Position numbers and translations under genes: made by a program
In this document: positions 1 through 11,289 of the stretch, one piece after another
How positions within the stretch are numbered: position 1 is the first letter of the stretch
Layout: each line of letters opens with the position of its first letter
From: a bacterium
Lineage (GTDB): Bacteria; Hinthialibacterota; Hinthialibacteria; Hinthialibacterales; Hinthialibacteraceae
Direction of reading: 5' to 3'
Assembly: GCA_963663405.2 (NCBI GenBank)
Contig: CAXXSM010000142.1
Coordinates: 32,001 to 96,000 of the forward strand
Length of the DNA stretch: 64,000 nt
Notes under the pieces: generated by a model
Seen by the model: the letters and a program-made list of their open reading frames with translations, nothing else
Told to the model about the DNA's origin: nothing
Databases searched by the model: none

Positions 1-602
1 AACAGATCTGCAATCATCCGAGCCAATTTCTTGGCGACGGCGCCTATGAGCCGGCTGACAGCGGTAAATTCGACCGGCTTATGACAATCTGTGAGGAGAT
101 TAAATCCCGGCAGGAAAAAGTCCTCGTCTTCACCCAGTTTCGCGAAATGACCGAACCGATCGCCGCTTTTCTTAGTGACGTTTTCGGCCGGGAGGGCCTT
201 GTATTGCATGGAGGAACAGCGGTAAAGAAACGCAGGACATTAATTGACCGATTCCAGAAAGAAGATGGGCCGCCGTTTTTCGTACTTTCCCTTAAAGCGG
301 GTGGCACAGGCCTTAACCTTACCGCCGCGTCGCACGTGATCCATTTCGACCGGTGGTGGAATCCGGCGGTTGAAAATCAAGCGACCGACCGGGCGTTCCG
401 TATCGGCCAACATCGGAACGTAGTCGTCCACAAGTTCATTTGTCAAGGAACAGTCGAAGAAAAAATCGACGCTCTGATCGAAGAGAAAACAAACTTAGCT
501 GACGATATCTTAAAGGCTGGCGCCGAATCGATGCTGACTGAGATGAGCGATGAGGAATTGCTCAATATCGTGGCCTTGGATATCGATCGGACGAAATTAT
601 AG
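1..602 (+). CDS. SNF2-family helicase, C-terminal (HELICc) part; 5' end lies outside the window
   Basis: Frame reads QICNHP...KVLVFTQF...SLKAGGTGLNLTAASHVIHFDRWWNPAVENQATDRAFRIGQ, canonical SNF2 C-terminal motifs. Confidence 0.95.
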   Translation, partial: QICNHPSQFLGDGAYEPADSGKFDRLMTICEEIKSRQEKVLVFTQFREMTEPIAAFLSDVFGREGLVLHGGTAVKKRRTLIDRFQKEDGPPFFVLSLKAGGTGLNLTAASHVIHFDRWWNPAVENQATDRAFRIGQHRNVVVHKFICQGTVEEKIDALIEEKTNLADDILKAGAESMLTEMSDEELLNIVALDIDRTKL

Positions 603-612
603 GAGATCAAAG

Positions 613-1731
613 ATGAGCTGGTATGGTTATAAACCGTATGTGCCTGTGGCTGTCCGCCGCGCGCGCGCTCTAAAGAAGATGGAAAAACTCCGGAAGAAGG
701 GAAAGGATATCCAACCCGTAGAGATTGAGGGAAGAACGATCGCTCGAACGTTTTGGGGGAAGGCTTGGTGCGATCACCTCGAATCGTTCAGCGACTACGA
801 AAACCGATTGCCACGCGGCCGCACCTATGTCCGCAACGGATCTGTATGCCATCTTGATATCACTAAGGGGGAGATCAACGCCATGGTCAGCGGTTCCGAG
901 ATCTATACAGTGAAAATCGCTATCAAGACGCTTCCCCAGAAAAAATGGAAAGGCGTAAAATCGCGTTGCGCTGGACAAGTTGGTTCGCTTCTCGAACTGC
1001 TCCAGGGCAAACTGTCCGAGAACGTGATGTCTGTTGTAACCGACCGTGAAAAGGGATTGTTTCCCCTGCCCGATGAGATCGGCCTGCAATGCAGCTGCCC
1101 CGATTGGGCCATTATGTGTAAGCATGTGGCGGCTGTGCTGTATGGGGTTGGAGCGCGGCTTGACGAAGCGCCGGAGTTACTTTTTCTTCTCCGGGGAGTA
1201 GACCAGGAAGAATTAATTGACGCCGAGGCCGGTGTGGCCGCCGCCACGGCGGGAACGAAAGGCAGACGCATCGCTGATGACGCTCTAGGAGATGTATTCG
1301 GCATCGAAATCTCTAAAGACGATGCGCCCGTCAAACCGAAACCGCAGCGATCCAGGAAGAAAACGACAGCCAAGTCAAAGAAAACCTCCAAAGAGCCAGC
1401 GAAACAGACCGCAAAACGCAAGGCGAAAGAAAGTAAGACTTCATCGCCGGTTAAGAAAAAAACTCCAATACGGAAAACGAAAACGAAAGAAACACCGCGC
1501 CCTTCTCGAAGCCCCCAGCCCGTAACCAGCGAAACCGTCGCCCAGCTACGCAAAAAGTACGGTATGTCTCAAGGCGAGCTCGCAAGGCTTCTCGGTGTAA
1601 GCGCATCTACGATCAGTAAGTGGGAAAAGAAGCCCGGAACGCTGAATCTGCAGGCGCGTGTACTCACCGCCTGGAACACAGTGAAAAGATTATCGAAGAA
1701 GAAAGCCTGGCAGAAATTGAATAGTACATGA
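613..1731 (+). CDS. SWIM zinc-finger protein with Lys-rich linker and C-terminal XRE-type HTH
   Basis: AGGAG RBS before ATG 613; NRLPRGRTY motif, SWIM motif CSCPDWAIMCKH; C-terminal LRKKYGMSQGELARLLGVSASTISKWE. Confidence 0.9.
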   Translation: MSWYGYKPYVPVAVRRARALKKMEKLRKKGKDIQPVEIEGRTIARTFWGKAWCDHLESFSDYENRLPRGRTYVRNGSVCHLDITKGEINAMVSGSEIYTVKIAIKTLPQKKWKGVKSRCAGQVGSLLELLQGKLSENVMSVVTDREKGLFPLPDEIGLQCSCPDWAIMCKHVAAVLYGVGARLDEAPELLFLLRGVDQEELIDAEAGVAAATAGTKGRRIADDALGDVFGIEISKDDAPVKPKPQRSRKKTTAKSKKTSKEPAKQTAKRKAKESKTSSPVKKKTPIRKTKTKETPRPSRSPQPVTSETVAQLRKKYGMSQGELARLLGVSASTISKWEKKPGTLNLQARVLTAWNTVKRLSKKKAWQKLNST

Positions 1732-1938
1732 TGTGGGTGGATTCCAATCGAGAGATTTAACATCTTGTTCGATTGGTTCAATTTGTGGGTGCTGGTTTTG
1801 TTACATACTCGCACAATGTTATGTGTCGAATAGTTTGGCGTTGTTAAAGTAATGATTGAAGGAGATTCATTTCATTGGGAAAAGAAATAATGAGAGAAAT
1901 TCATTAGTACCGATAGTAATAATATTAAGGAGCTCATA

Positions 1939-3041
1939 ATGATAATACGATCTCTATGTTTGCTGCTTATCCTTATATCTTCCTTAATATCAGCAAAGGA
2001 AAAAACTGACGACGAGTATTTTTATTTCCCCCCAAATGGTAATGATTTTAAAAATCAAAATCAGAAATCCCCTTCGACAACAGGTCTGGAGACTGATATC
2101 GTTCAAGAAATTAATCAATACATCAAAGAAAATCCTTATACCCGTTATCAAATCAAACCTCGCTGGGCGCTCTGGAGGCATGGTTATCTTATACATGTGG
2201 AAGGGGATTTTTATGAAATCCGGGATGTCGCTTCCCTTCGAAAAACGTGGCATGCGATGATTGCCGGGGCAGCGATATTACAGGGTAAGATCCCTGCATT
2301 GGATCAGAAAATCAGTGAATATGAGAAAGAATTACGGGGAAAAGACCGGAGTGCAACTTGGCGTCATGTACTGACACAATCGGCAGGATTTGATTATCCT
2401 TATGGTGATTATCCGGATTATGCTCCAGGTGAAATGTGGACCTATTCAGATATAAACTTGGTTCATCTATGTCATGCATTGGCGAAAGTGTACGGTAAAA
2501 GAAATTATTTTAACAACTATGCGGATGTCGCGCGAGAGGCGTATTTTGACGCGATTGGTTTGGAAGGTTGGTCCACCCAAATTGTGAAAGATGATTCATT
2601 TGGTGATTACGATGGAGTACGCTTCGTGTTAAGCCTGGAGAATATGGGAAGGCTGGGGCTTCTTGCATTAAATCGAGGGAAGTGGAAAGACAAACAATTG
2701 GTTCCTGAATGGTTTGTCAAAGAACTGGAAACAAAACAAACATATGGAATGAAGGTGAATTACAATGGTCCAATGATGGCGCTATTGGCCTAAACCCGTC
2801 TGAATTTCCAGAAGTCCCTTATGGATATTTAACTTGGGTGAATACTGATCAGGATTTATTTAAAGAAGCTGATTCAACCTGGGCAAGCGGCAGAGGCAGC
2901 GGCGGTTGTGTCATAATGTGGAATCATAACAATGGAATTGTTTTCGCTGGTATCGGGATCAATATCGGCAATGGTAAACCCAATCTTGCCCGTGTGATTG
3001 AAAAAAATATTGAGAGAGATAATCCACTTATTAGAGAATAA
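1939..3041 (+). pseudogene. Secreted serine hydrolase (beta-lactamase/AmpC-like), one frameshift near 2770
   Basis: Signal peptide; SxxK (SLRK), TWRHVLTQSAG, PGEMWTYSD, MGRLGLL; PYGYLTW and GRGSGG continue in another frame (2709..3041). Confidence 0.8.
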
Positions 3042-3104
3042 GTTCAGAAACCGCTGTTATGTTAAGTAGTCGATCAGGCGGTACATCTCTTTTCCGTAAC
3101 CAGC

Positions 3105-4008
3105 GATCATCGATGAGTTGTACAAACAGATCGGCCAGTTGAAAGTGGAACTCGACTAGCTTAAAAAAAATCTGCCCCCTTCGGTTGAGGTCAAACGCAC
3201 GTGGATCGATCCGGACCATCCCCACATTTCCATTTCACGTCAATGCGAACTCGTGGGGTTCTCCCGGTCAGGCTATTACTATCAACCCAAAGTCGAGACC
3301 CGTTACACCATGAGTTTGATGAATATGATCGATGAACAATACACCCGGCATCCGTTCTATGGCGTGCGCCGTATGACCAAGTGGCTTCGGCTTCAAGGCT
3401 GCGCCGTGAACAAAAAGCGCGTCAGCCGTTTGATGCGCCGAATGGGCCTGCAGGCGATCTATCCCAAGCCCCGCTTGAGTCAGGGCCAGGATGAGCACAA
3501 GAAATATCCTTACCTGCTCAACGGCCTGACCATCGATGAACCAAATCAGGTTTGGTGTACGGATATCACGTATATTCGCTTGCGAAGCGGTTTTGTGTAT
3601 CTTGTGGCGGTGATGGATTGGTATAGCCGGTACGTGCTGTCGTGGCGGCTTTCGAATGCGCTTGAGGTGGAGTTCTGTCTGGAGGCGTTAGACGCCGCGC
3701 TGGGTTTGGCCCAGCCGGCCATTTTCAACAGCGATCAAGGCAGCCAGTTCACCAGCGAGGCGTTTACTGACCGGCTCCTCGCCGCGGGGGTGCGGATCAG
3801 CATGGATAGCCGCGGACGGGTCTTCGATAATATCTTCATCGAACGATTGTGGCGAACCGTCAAGTATGAAGAGGTCTACCTCAACGACTACACCAGTTTG
3901 AGGGATAGCCGGGCGCGTCTGAACGAGTATTTCACGTTCTACAACCGGGAGCGTCTTCACCAGGCGCTTCGCTATCAAACGCCGCATGCGGTCTACTGGA
4001 ACAATTGA
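3105..4008 (+). mobile_element. IS3-family relic: end of orfA with TGG>TAG stop, A8 frameshift site, intact orfB
   Basis: IDELYKQIGQLKVELD*LKK, then orfB with DDE motifs WCTDITY, NSDQGSQFTS, DNIFIERLWRTVKYE; no terminal IRs recognised. Confidence 0.9.
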
Positions 4009-4183
4009 TGTACGACGTCCCGGCGCCGAACGAAACAAGATTGAAAGGAGAAAACTCATGGCTCGAACAGCAAAAGTAAAGCCCCCCCTCCGCCCCCCAA
4101 AGGGGGGAACGCGTTTTGATCCAATCCGGTATAAACTGAAGTTAAGCGATCAAGTGGAAATCGGTGTTTTATAATGAGTAATT

Positions 4184-4219
4184 AACAAAACAGCACGGTC
4201 CATGCTGTTCCGTGCTGTT
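4184..4219 (-). terminator. Intrinsic terminator for the CBM9-like gene
   Basis: AACAGCACGG(4189-4198)/CCGTGCTGTT(4210-4219) 10-bp stem, followed on the minus strand by a short T-rich tail. Confidence 0.65.
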
Positions 4220-4279
4220 ATAAACCATGGTATTCAGTTTGTGCTCTTCCGTTTAATGCGTTGTGGCAGAGCGGAAGTA

Positions 4280-5779
4280 TTAAAACAGTTCCCAGATCTC
4301 CACATGGGTAGACGGGCCGCCCAGAGTCAGCGTGCCGTAGCAGCGTTCGCGATGAGCAGGGCCGTTCCACATCAGCTGCATATCGCGGTCGTCGAAGGTT
4401 TCATCGTTGTCGTCATCATTAATGGTGACGTTGAAACCGATGATCTCTCTGTCGATTGGGTTGAGATATTTCTCAAGTAATATCCGGTACTCAATCATAT
4501 ATCCATCATCGGTTAGGGATGGTGCGGCGAACCAGTCGTCTTCGTCGTCTTCGCCGAATAGAAAATCGGCGCCATTGCCATGAGAGGCTCCATTGGCGGT
4601 TATCGCCAGTTGCGCGCCGATTCCAAACCCGTAGTTAGAGCCGTTATTTTGACTGAAGTCGCCGTCCAGAAAGACTTCCACGCCATCATCATACCAAGTG
4701 TAGCCAGACTCGGAACCGGCGGGTTCGGTATCGGTGCGGATATCGCTGTCCGATACATCGACGGTAACGTATAAATAGGTGGCGTCATGAAGCACATAGA
4801 ATTCAAAGCCCGCGTCTTCGATACTGGATGGATAGATGGCCTCTTGCGAAGGGCCTTCGAAAGGATTGCTTTTACCTGTTCCCGCCACCGCCCAGATAGC
4901 TTCGTCCATTTTGCCATCGATGATAATTTCTTCTGTAATGAGAGGCGCGGTAACTTCCTGACGTCCGAAATAGAGATTTCCGTACGTGCTTTCCTGATGG
5001 GTTACGCCAGCCCATACAAACTGCGTGTCCCGTTGTCCGGGGGAGGTGTCGGCGTCGTTGATTGCAAGGTTGAAACCAACGGTATCCCCTTTTTTAGGAT
5101 TGCCGATTTTTGATAGTTTAATGCGGAACTCGTAATTGAAACCGGTATAATCATCATTCTCTAAAACCGCTGCAAACCATTCGGCATCCGCACTGTCTCC
5201 GAAAGTTGGATTTCCTGCTTCCACATCACGTCGTGCTCCGAATGATGTGATGACAAACTGACCACCGGTTTCGTATTCTTCGGGATGATTGTTGACATCG
5301 CCTTCCACCCGGTTGTGGTTACCATCCACGAAAACCTCAACCGAGTCATCATTCCAGGTATTGCCATCCTCTTCATTGGTATCAACCGCGTTTACCCAGT
5401 CCCAATCGGTTACCGCCACTGCGACATACAGATATTCGTCATCATAGATAATCCAGGCTTTGCAGGAAAGATCGTCCGCGTCATCCGGAACTTCACCGTC
5501 AATGATACAAGGCTGTCCCGGATCATCAACCGGTAAACTGGGCTGGTATCGGAACCACAGATTATTTAAAGTGTTAGTAAGCCCGTTTCCCTGCGGAGCG
5601 TACGTCCAGGCGTCATCATCGATTATCCCATCGATCACCGGCGGCTCAACCGCTTCATAATCCCCCAGGTAGTGGGCTAGCTGAGTCCGGGGCGGTAAGT
5701 CTTGGGAATAACCTGTCATTTCCACCGCTCCCGCCAAAAGCAACAGAACGAAGATCCGGATTGCATATATTTTTCTCAT
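4280..5779 (-). CDS. Secreted protein with two tandem CBM9-like (DOMON-like sugar-binding) domains
   Basis: GGGAGG RBS; signal peptide; repeated IDG..D..W / YLYV.V.V.D / W.DD.VEVF.DG / GFN..INDxD motifs; ends HVEIWELF. Confidence 0.85.
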   Translation of the reverse strand: MRKIYAIRIFVLLLLAGAVEMTGYSQDLPPRTQLAHYLGDYEAVEPPVIDGIIDDDAWTYAPQGNGLTNTLNNLWFRYQPSLPVDDPGQPCIIDGEVPDDADDLSCKAWIIYDDEYLYVAVAVTDWDWVNAVDTNEEDGNTWNDDSVEVFVDGNHNRVEGDVNNHPEEYETGGQFVITSFGARRDVEAGNPTFGDSADAEWFAAVLENDDYTGFNYEFRIKLSKIGNPKKGDTVGFNLAINDADTSPGQRDTQFVWAGVTHQESTYGNLYFGRQEVTAPLITEEIIIDGKMDEAIWAVAGTGKSNPFEGPSQEAIYPSSIEDAGFEFYVLHDATYLYVTVDVSDSDIRTDTEPAGSESGYTWYDDGVEVFLDGDFSQNNGSNYGFGIGAQLAITANGASHGNGADFLFGEDDEDDWFAAPSLTDDGYMIEYRILLEKYLNPIDREIIGFNVTINDDDNDETFDDRDMQLMWNGPAHRERCYGTLTLGGPSTHVEIWELF

Positions 5780-6658
5780 CACACTTTCCTCCCTTGAACT
5801 TGATAATTGATGTATCAAATCATCTTATAACATGTTGGAGGAAGAAATATAAGGGAACCGGATATTGCGGACTGCACTTCGGGAATTATCCGGACACTTT
5901 TATTCCAAGATGTGGCGCCAGCGAGTAGAACAAGGTGAACGTTAGTATGAAAAAGGTTCTGATGAGATTCGGTTGCTATTGCTGATTCTGGACGGTAGAA
6001 ATGCTAGAATTTTAGTTAAAAAATCTGGATTTAGAATGATATGCTGAGATGTGTTTTGCATTTTATTTGATTTCATGAAGGAGAAAATCTGATGTCCACG
6101 CAAACTCTATTAGACGAAGCGCAGGGGGAATGAGAGAACCTATAATACGTAATTTATTCGCGAAACGGCTTTACTGGTCCGAAGACCGCACGCGTACATC
6201 AGAGCCAGAACTACTCGATAGGGCGATTTCCTGACAGTGGGCAGGAGGGCAAGAACCTGGGAATAGGTTAATGGATGCGACAGACGCTTTTGGCGAGGCT
6301 TACGAATCCTTTTTTTGCGTGCCTTCGCCCAGTCCTGCTAACGTTATGTCTTCGATCATGCGTTCTCTCAATTTGATCATGATCCTTCTCATGAATTAAA
6401 AGTATGTTTGGCAGTCTTACAGCCACTGCCTTCTCAGAAGGAATACATGACAACTCAGCAGATTTCGAAAGGGGAATATTCAACCAGATACGCCGACACT
6501 CGAAATTCTGTGGCAGAGACGCTTCGTCCAATAGAATTTCGAGAGAAGATTCTGTGACGGTGACCACGGTCCGATTCATGCTTGACAAGCACATGGGGAT
6601 CGAACAAAATCTGGTTGGCGGCCAATCAGACACTTTCTGTTACGATAGGAGAAAAACG

Positions 6659-7713
6659 ATGAAACGAATTGGAATCGGCCTTTCCATAGTAGTTACCTGC
6701 GCGGTGATGGGTATGGGACAGGATCTTTTTGAAACCGGGGAACTCATTATCGATGTGAATTATGATGATTTCGACGCGAGCGCATTAAACGCTACCGGTC
6801 TATCGGATCCTTTTGTGTTTAACGATATTCCAGGGAATGAGACAGGCGCATTAGAATTTGAAATACCGGCGGGACTGAAAATGTATGGAATGAACAGCTG
6901 TCGACCAGTTTCGACCGGCCCGAAAACAGCGAGGATATAACATGGCGAATTCAATACCGGGTGCGAGTCGAAAATACACCATACAATATCCAACTCCGGA
7001 TGGAGATCACAGAGGATCCTTGGACTGGATTCGGGATCGATAATCCGATTCCCGAGGGATCGGAAGGGAAATGGCTTTTATATGATTTTTTAGCCTCTCC
7101 CTTCGCTTCATTCTATACAGACCAGATCAGTTTCTATTTGCGTTTTGGGGCACAGGATTATCAGCTCATGCAAATCGATGACATCCGTTTGTATATCAGC
7201 AACGCGCTACGGCTGAATTCCTTTGAATCCCGCGCAGACGAGCGGATGCTAAAAAGTAATGGAGTGGAATTGGAACGGGTGGAAAAAGAGGACGCTCCCA
7301 CGGGCGCCTATGTGATGGTCGCGCGAATTGTTGAACCGGGAGATTCGCTCAGCAGCGCGTCACTCATTTTACCTTACGCGATCGTCAGCGATTATACCGG
7401 CGCTTTTCGACTTACTCTCGCCATGCGGTCGAATATCGCGAATTTCGAAGTGAGAGGCGGAATCACGGAGAAGAGTGATTTCTCCGCCAGTATGGTCTAC
7501 GCACAGGAAACCGTAACGATTGTGGAGAGCGATACTTGGACGACGGTCTCATTTCTGATTCAACCACTGACTTTCAGCGCGAGCCGGGTGTATCCATTCC
7601 TCCAATTTGGAGGACAGGGTGAGGCGGAAATCCAGTTTGACCGATCTGTAATTCTTATGACAGATGAAGTCGTGGAAAATCCTGTTTACACCAATCTCTG
7701 GTCTCTCTATTAA
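6659..7713 (+). pseudogene. Secreted protein with two CBM4/9-like beta-sandwich repeats, frameshift near 6875
   Basis: AGGAG RBS, signal peptide MKRIGIGLSIVVTCAVMGMG-Q; continues in the 6961..7713 frame; repeats FYLRFGAQ..QIDDI / PFLQFGGQ..QFDR; ends NLWSLY. Confidence 0.65.
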
Positions 7714-8391
7714 GAATTCACAATATTTACTTCCATTCCATCAAATCTCACTTCTCTCTATACTTTTCAAGATTCCAGAAAAACCTGATCGTTTTTGTTC
7801 AGCCAGCGAACAAGATGCTTTTATGGCAGGGACATTCTCATATCCAAGTTTTGGAACTATATGCCCATTTATAGGCGCAAGATGATGATATTGAGAGATT
7901 GTGATTAGCCTCTGTTTTCTCACATCCCTTCCCTATTGAATGAAACCGTTTCAAAGAAAGGATAGACTCAAGATTGAATTAGGAAAAGTGTTTCTGTTTA
8001 GTTGAATTACCGGATAGAATCTGGCTGTTTATTATATGAAAATGAGTTTCTAAGGCTCTCTCATTCGTGATGAGCTCCCTCAACTCATTTTCATTTGCAG
8101 TTGTGATCTCAATCATGATGGTTTATATGAAACGGGTGATTTTATGGGGAGATGCTTGACATTAGACATTTTTAGATGAGAAAATTGGATGAAATAAAAA
8201 ATAATGGAATAATTTCGTGATTGAAATGCGAAATCCCGGATTACTGAGTATTGCCATTTCGTTAATAAAAAACAGCGAAAGGTCTCGTAGTGCCCTCTTA
8301 CCTTCTCGAGTGGGCTGGTTGAGTTGAAATGGCAATAGAACCGTAAGAAAACAAACGCTTGTGAGTTGAATAAAAAAGAAGGAGATAAAAC

Positions 8392-9725
8392 ATGAAACGA
8401 CGAGCCTTTCTATCCCAAACCGCTAAAAGCACGATTGGCCTTTCGGCCGCTATGGTTACGGCAAATACCAAACAAGTGCTGGGGGCAAATGATAAAGTAC
8501 GTATCGGTCTTGTTGGCTGCGGGGGGCGCGGACTCATGCTATTGCGCACCTATGCCCGAGACAATCGCTTTCAGTTCGCCTACATGTGCGATCCGGATTC
8601 GCGGCGCGGCACGCGTGAATTTACGATGATGAAAGACGAACACAATCCAAATATCAAGCGCCTGACCGATTTCCGCCATATGCTAGACGACAAGAATGTA
8701 GACATGACGATGATCGCCACGCCCGATCATTGGCACGCCCTCGCCACCATCCTATCCTGCCAGGCGGGTAAAGATGTCTATTGTGAAAAGCCAATGAGTC
8801 ACAATCCGTGGGAAGGTCGCAAGATGATCGAGGCGGCGCGTAAATACAACCGCGTGGTGCAGGTAGGGCATGCAAAGCCACAGCGCGCCTTATCTTTTCG
8901 AAGCCGCCGATTACATTAAAAGCGGGGAAACTAGGCAAGGTGCAATTGTGCAAGATCTTCAACCTCAAAGCGGCTCAACCGTTCCATGCCGATAAAACAG
9001 CTAAACCGCCCAAAGAAGTCGATATCGATCTATGGCTGGGTGCGGCGCCGGAAGACAAAGCCTTCGTTTATGCCAGCAAGGGTTGGCTCTATTATTGGGA
9101 TTTCTGTAACGGTGACATGATGAACGACTGTGTGCACCAGACCGATATTGCGCGTTGGCTGATCGGCGAGACGTACCCCAAAAGCGCGCACTGCTTTGGT
9201 GGCCACTTTGGTTTCGATGACGATCGCGAAGTACCTGATACCCAGTTTGCTACGCTGGAATTCGACGACAAGATCGTAACCATCGAGAACGGCCAGAACA
9301 TGCAATACATGGCCAAAACGCCGATGGCAATGCGCGACACAGATGAGTTCCCACTCTGGCAGCACAACTCGACGAAGGTAGAGATTTACGGTTCGGACGG
9401 TTTGATGATGGTTGGACGTCACGGCGGAGGCTGGCAGGTATTCACCAACGCGGGTGAAGTTGTGACCCAAGCGCATGGGCGTTTTCCCGATGAACCGCAT
9501 AAGGAAAACCTCTATAAGTGCCTACAATCACGCGAACGTCCCAATGCCGATGTCGAAGTCGGTCATATCAGTTGTCTGTGGGTACATCTGGCGAACATAT
9601 CCTACAAACTGGGCGGCCGCACGCTGAAGTTCGATCCCAAAACCGAAACCTGTGACGATGCCGACGCCAACAAACTCCTCAAACGTATCTATCGCAAATC
9701 CTACGAGGTACCGGACAAGGTGTAA
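8392..9725 (+). pseudogene. Tat-exported Gfo/Idh/MocA oxidoreductase, frameshift near 8871
   Basis: KRRAFL Tat motif; IGLVGCGGRG, IATPDHWH, DVYCEKP; C-terminal half in 8940..9725. Confidence 0.9.
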
Positions 9726-9751
9726 AGAAAAAGAAAAATCATGAAACAATT

Positions 9752-9793
9752 GGGTGGGCTCAAAGCATTGCATAACAATGCGAAGCCCACTCT
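9752..9793 (+). terminator. Hairpin downstream of the oxidoreductase
   Basis: GTGGGCT..GCATTG-cataa-CAATGC..AGCCCAC stem; weak U-tail. Confidence 0.45.
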
Positions 9794-9914
9794 TCACTGT
9801 CTACTTGGCAGATCGTATCAAGGATAGGCATTATCTCGTCACTCGCCACCCATCACTATTTTTTTGTGAAGATAAATGAAAAACTGTTAGAATATAAAAA
9901 AAAGGGAATGGAAG

Positions 9915-10553
9915 ATGAGATGTAAATGTCACCAACACTGGAATCAATACGCGTTTACATTAATCGAGTTACTGATTGTTGTTGCGATAATCGGAATCCT
10001 GGCTGCGATCGCCGTTCCGAATTTCTTGCAGGCGCAAGTCAGAGCGAAGTTATCTAAAGCTGTAAGCAATATGCGGACGGTGGCGACCGCGCTGGAAATG
10101 TATTACATGGATAAAGGCTCGTACCCGCGATGGGCCTGGGATGGCTGGGGGAATCCCAACAACCACTATACCGGATTCAGGGATTTGACGACTCCAGTCG
10201 CCTACGTCATAAGTGAATCCGCATTCGTGAATCCGTTTAAGATTCAATTCGATAAGGATCATAATGTCCCCGATGGACGCGAACTCGATCCCTATTTTGA
10301 ATTGGGGACGTTCAAATATCTCAACAGCGGAACGCGCGGGCGTTCCTTGCCACAATTAAATACGGAACAATTTCCTAAATCGCTTTGGTTATTGGAAAGT
10401 TCGGGACCGGATAAAGCTGATGATTATGGAGCCAGTAGTTACCCGCAAGAAGCGTTGGTGTTTCAGGCGACGAATGGCATGATCAGCCGAGGGGATATTT
10501 TCCTGGGAGGGGGGCAGTACGTAGCGGATTGGGTGAAAGGATTGGTGTATTGA
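9915..10553 (+). CDS. Prepilin-type N-methylation (PulG/GspG-like) protein, paralogue 1
   Basis: A|FTLIELLIVVAIIGILAAIAVPNFL; LTTP, SGPD, NG..S.GDI motifs. Confidence 0.9.
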   Translation: MRCKCHQHWNQYAFTLIELLIVVAIIGILAAIAVPNFLQAQVRAKLSKAVSNMRTVATALEMYYMDKGSYPRWAWDGWGNPNNHYTGFRDLTTPVAYVISESAFVNPFKIQFDKDHNVPDGRELDPYFELGTFKYLNSGTRGRSLPQLNTEQFPKSLWLLESSGPDKADDYGASSYPQEALVFQATNGMISRGDIFLGGGQYVADWVKGLVY

Positions 10554-11287
10554 GCGAGATAAAATTTTTATCGGAAACTGAACTAGAGAATCGGTTGTCA
10601 CAATGGATGGATGCGGTTGGTGAGTTCAAGAGCCGATTTAGACGGATAGACCTTCAACGTTCGGCTTTATTGGTTATTGATATGCAGAACGAGTTTTTGC
10701 GTGAGGATGGACTTTTACCCGCGTGGGGCGGTCCTGCCGTAATACCTCGAATAAAAACGTTGATCCATCAATACAGAAAAACAGGACGACCGGTAATTTA
10801 CACGCGCCATTGTTATTTTAATCCTGAAATCGATGGCGGAGCAACGGCTGAATGGTGGAATATGGATCGGGATAGCCCCATTCTGAAGGCAAGTTTACCC
10901 GGAGCGAAAATTCATGATGAGATTGCTCCCTCGAGTGAAGATCTTGTTCTTATAAAACATCGCTACAGCGCCTTTCATGGGACGAATTTGGAAACTATCT
11001 TAAAACGATTTCAGGTTCGGGATGTCATTATAAGCGGTGTAACAAGCAATTGTTGTTGTGAAGCGACTGCGCATGAGGCATTTTTTCGTGATTATCATAT
11101 TTTCTTTTTGGCAGATGGATGCGGTGGTACGGACGAACAGACGCATATATCTGTGTTAAAGGATATCGCCTGTTTTTATGGAACGGCGCTTACATGTGAG
11201 GAAACTATACAAGCAACTATTTTCTTGAAGTTTTTCAAGCGAGAGATACGAGAACATGGACTCTTCATGATGCCCAACAGGAATTAA
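10550..11287 (+). CDS. Cysteine hydrolase (isochorismatase family)
   Basis: LLVIDMQN, KHRYSAF, GVTSNCC (D-K-C triad); probable TTG start overlapping the pilin stop codon. Confidence 0.88.
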   Translation: MSEIKFLSETELENRLSQWMDAVGEFKSRFRRIDLQRSALLVIDMQNEFLREDGLLPAWGGPAVIPRIKTLIHQYRKTGRPVIYTRHCYFNPEIDGGATAEWWNMDRDSPILKASLPGAKIHDEIAPSSEDLVLIKHRYSAFHGTNLETILKRFQVRDVIISGVTSNCCCEATAHEAFFRDYHIFFLADGCGGTDEQTHISVLKDIACFYGTALTCEETIQATIFLKFFKREIREHGLFMMPNRN

Positions 11288-11289
11288 TG

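Noticed and set aside
550-612. Longer ORF-track starts (550, 5818, 6404, 10529, 34289, 51125, 62573)
   Set aside because: Downstream starts have a better RBS, signal peptide or coupling; the extensions overlap other genes or terminators
3157-3159. In-frame TAG in IS3 orfA as possible stop-codon recoding
   Set aside because: Single TGG>TAG change in a truncated element; TAG terminates other genes in the window normally
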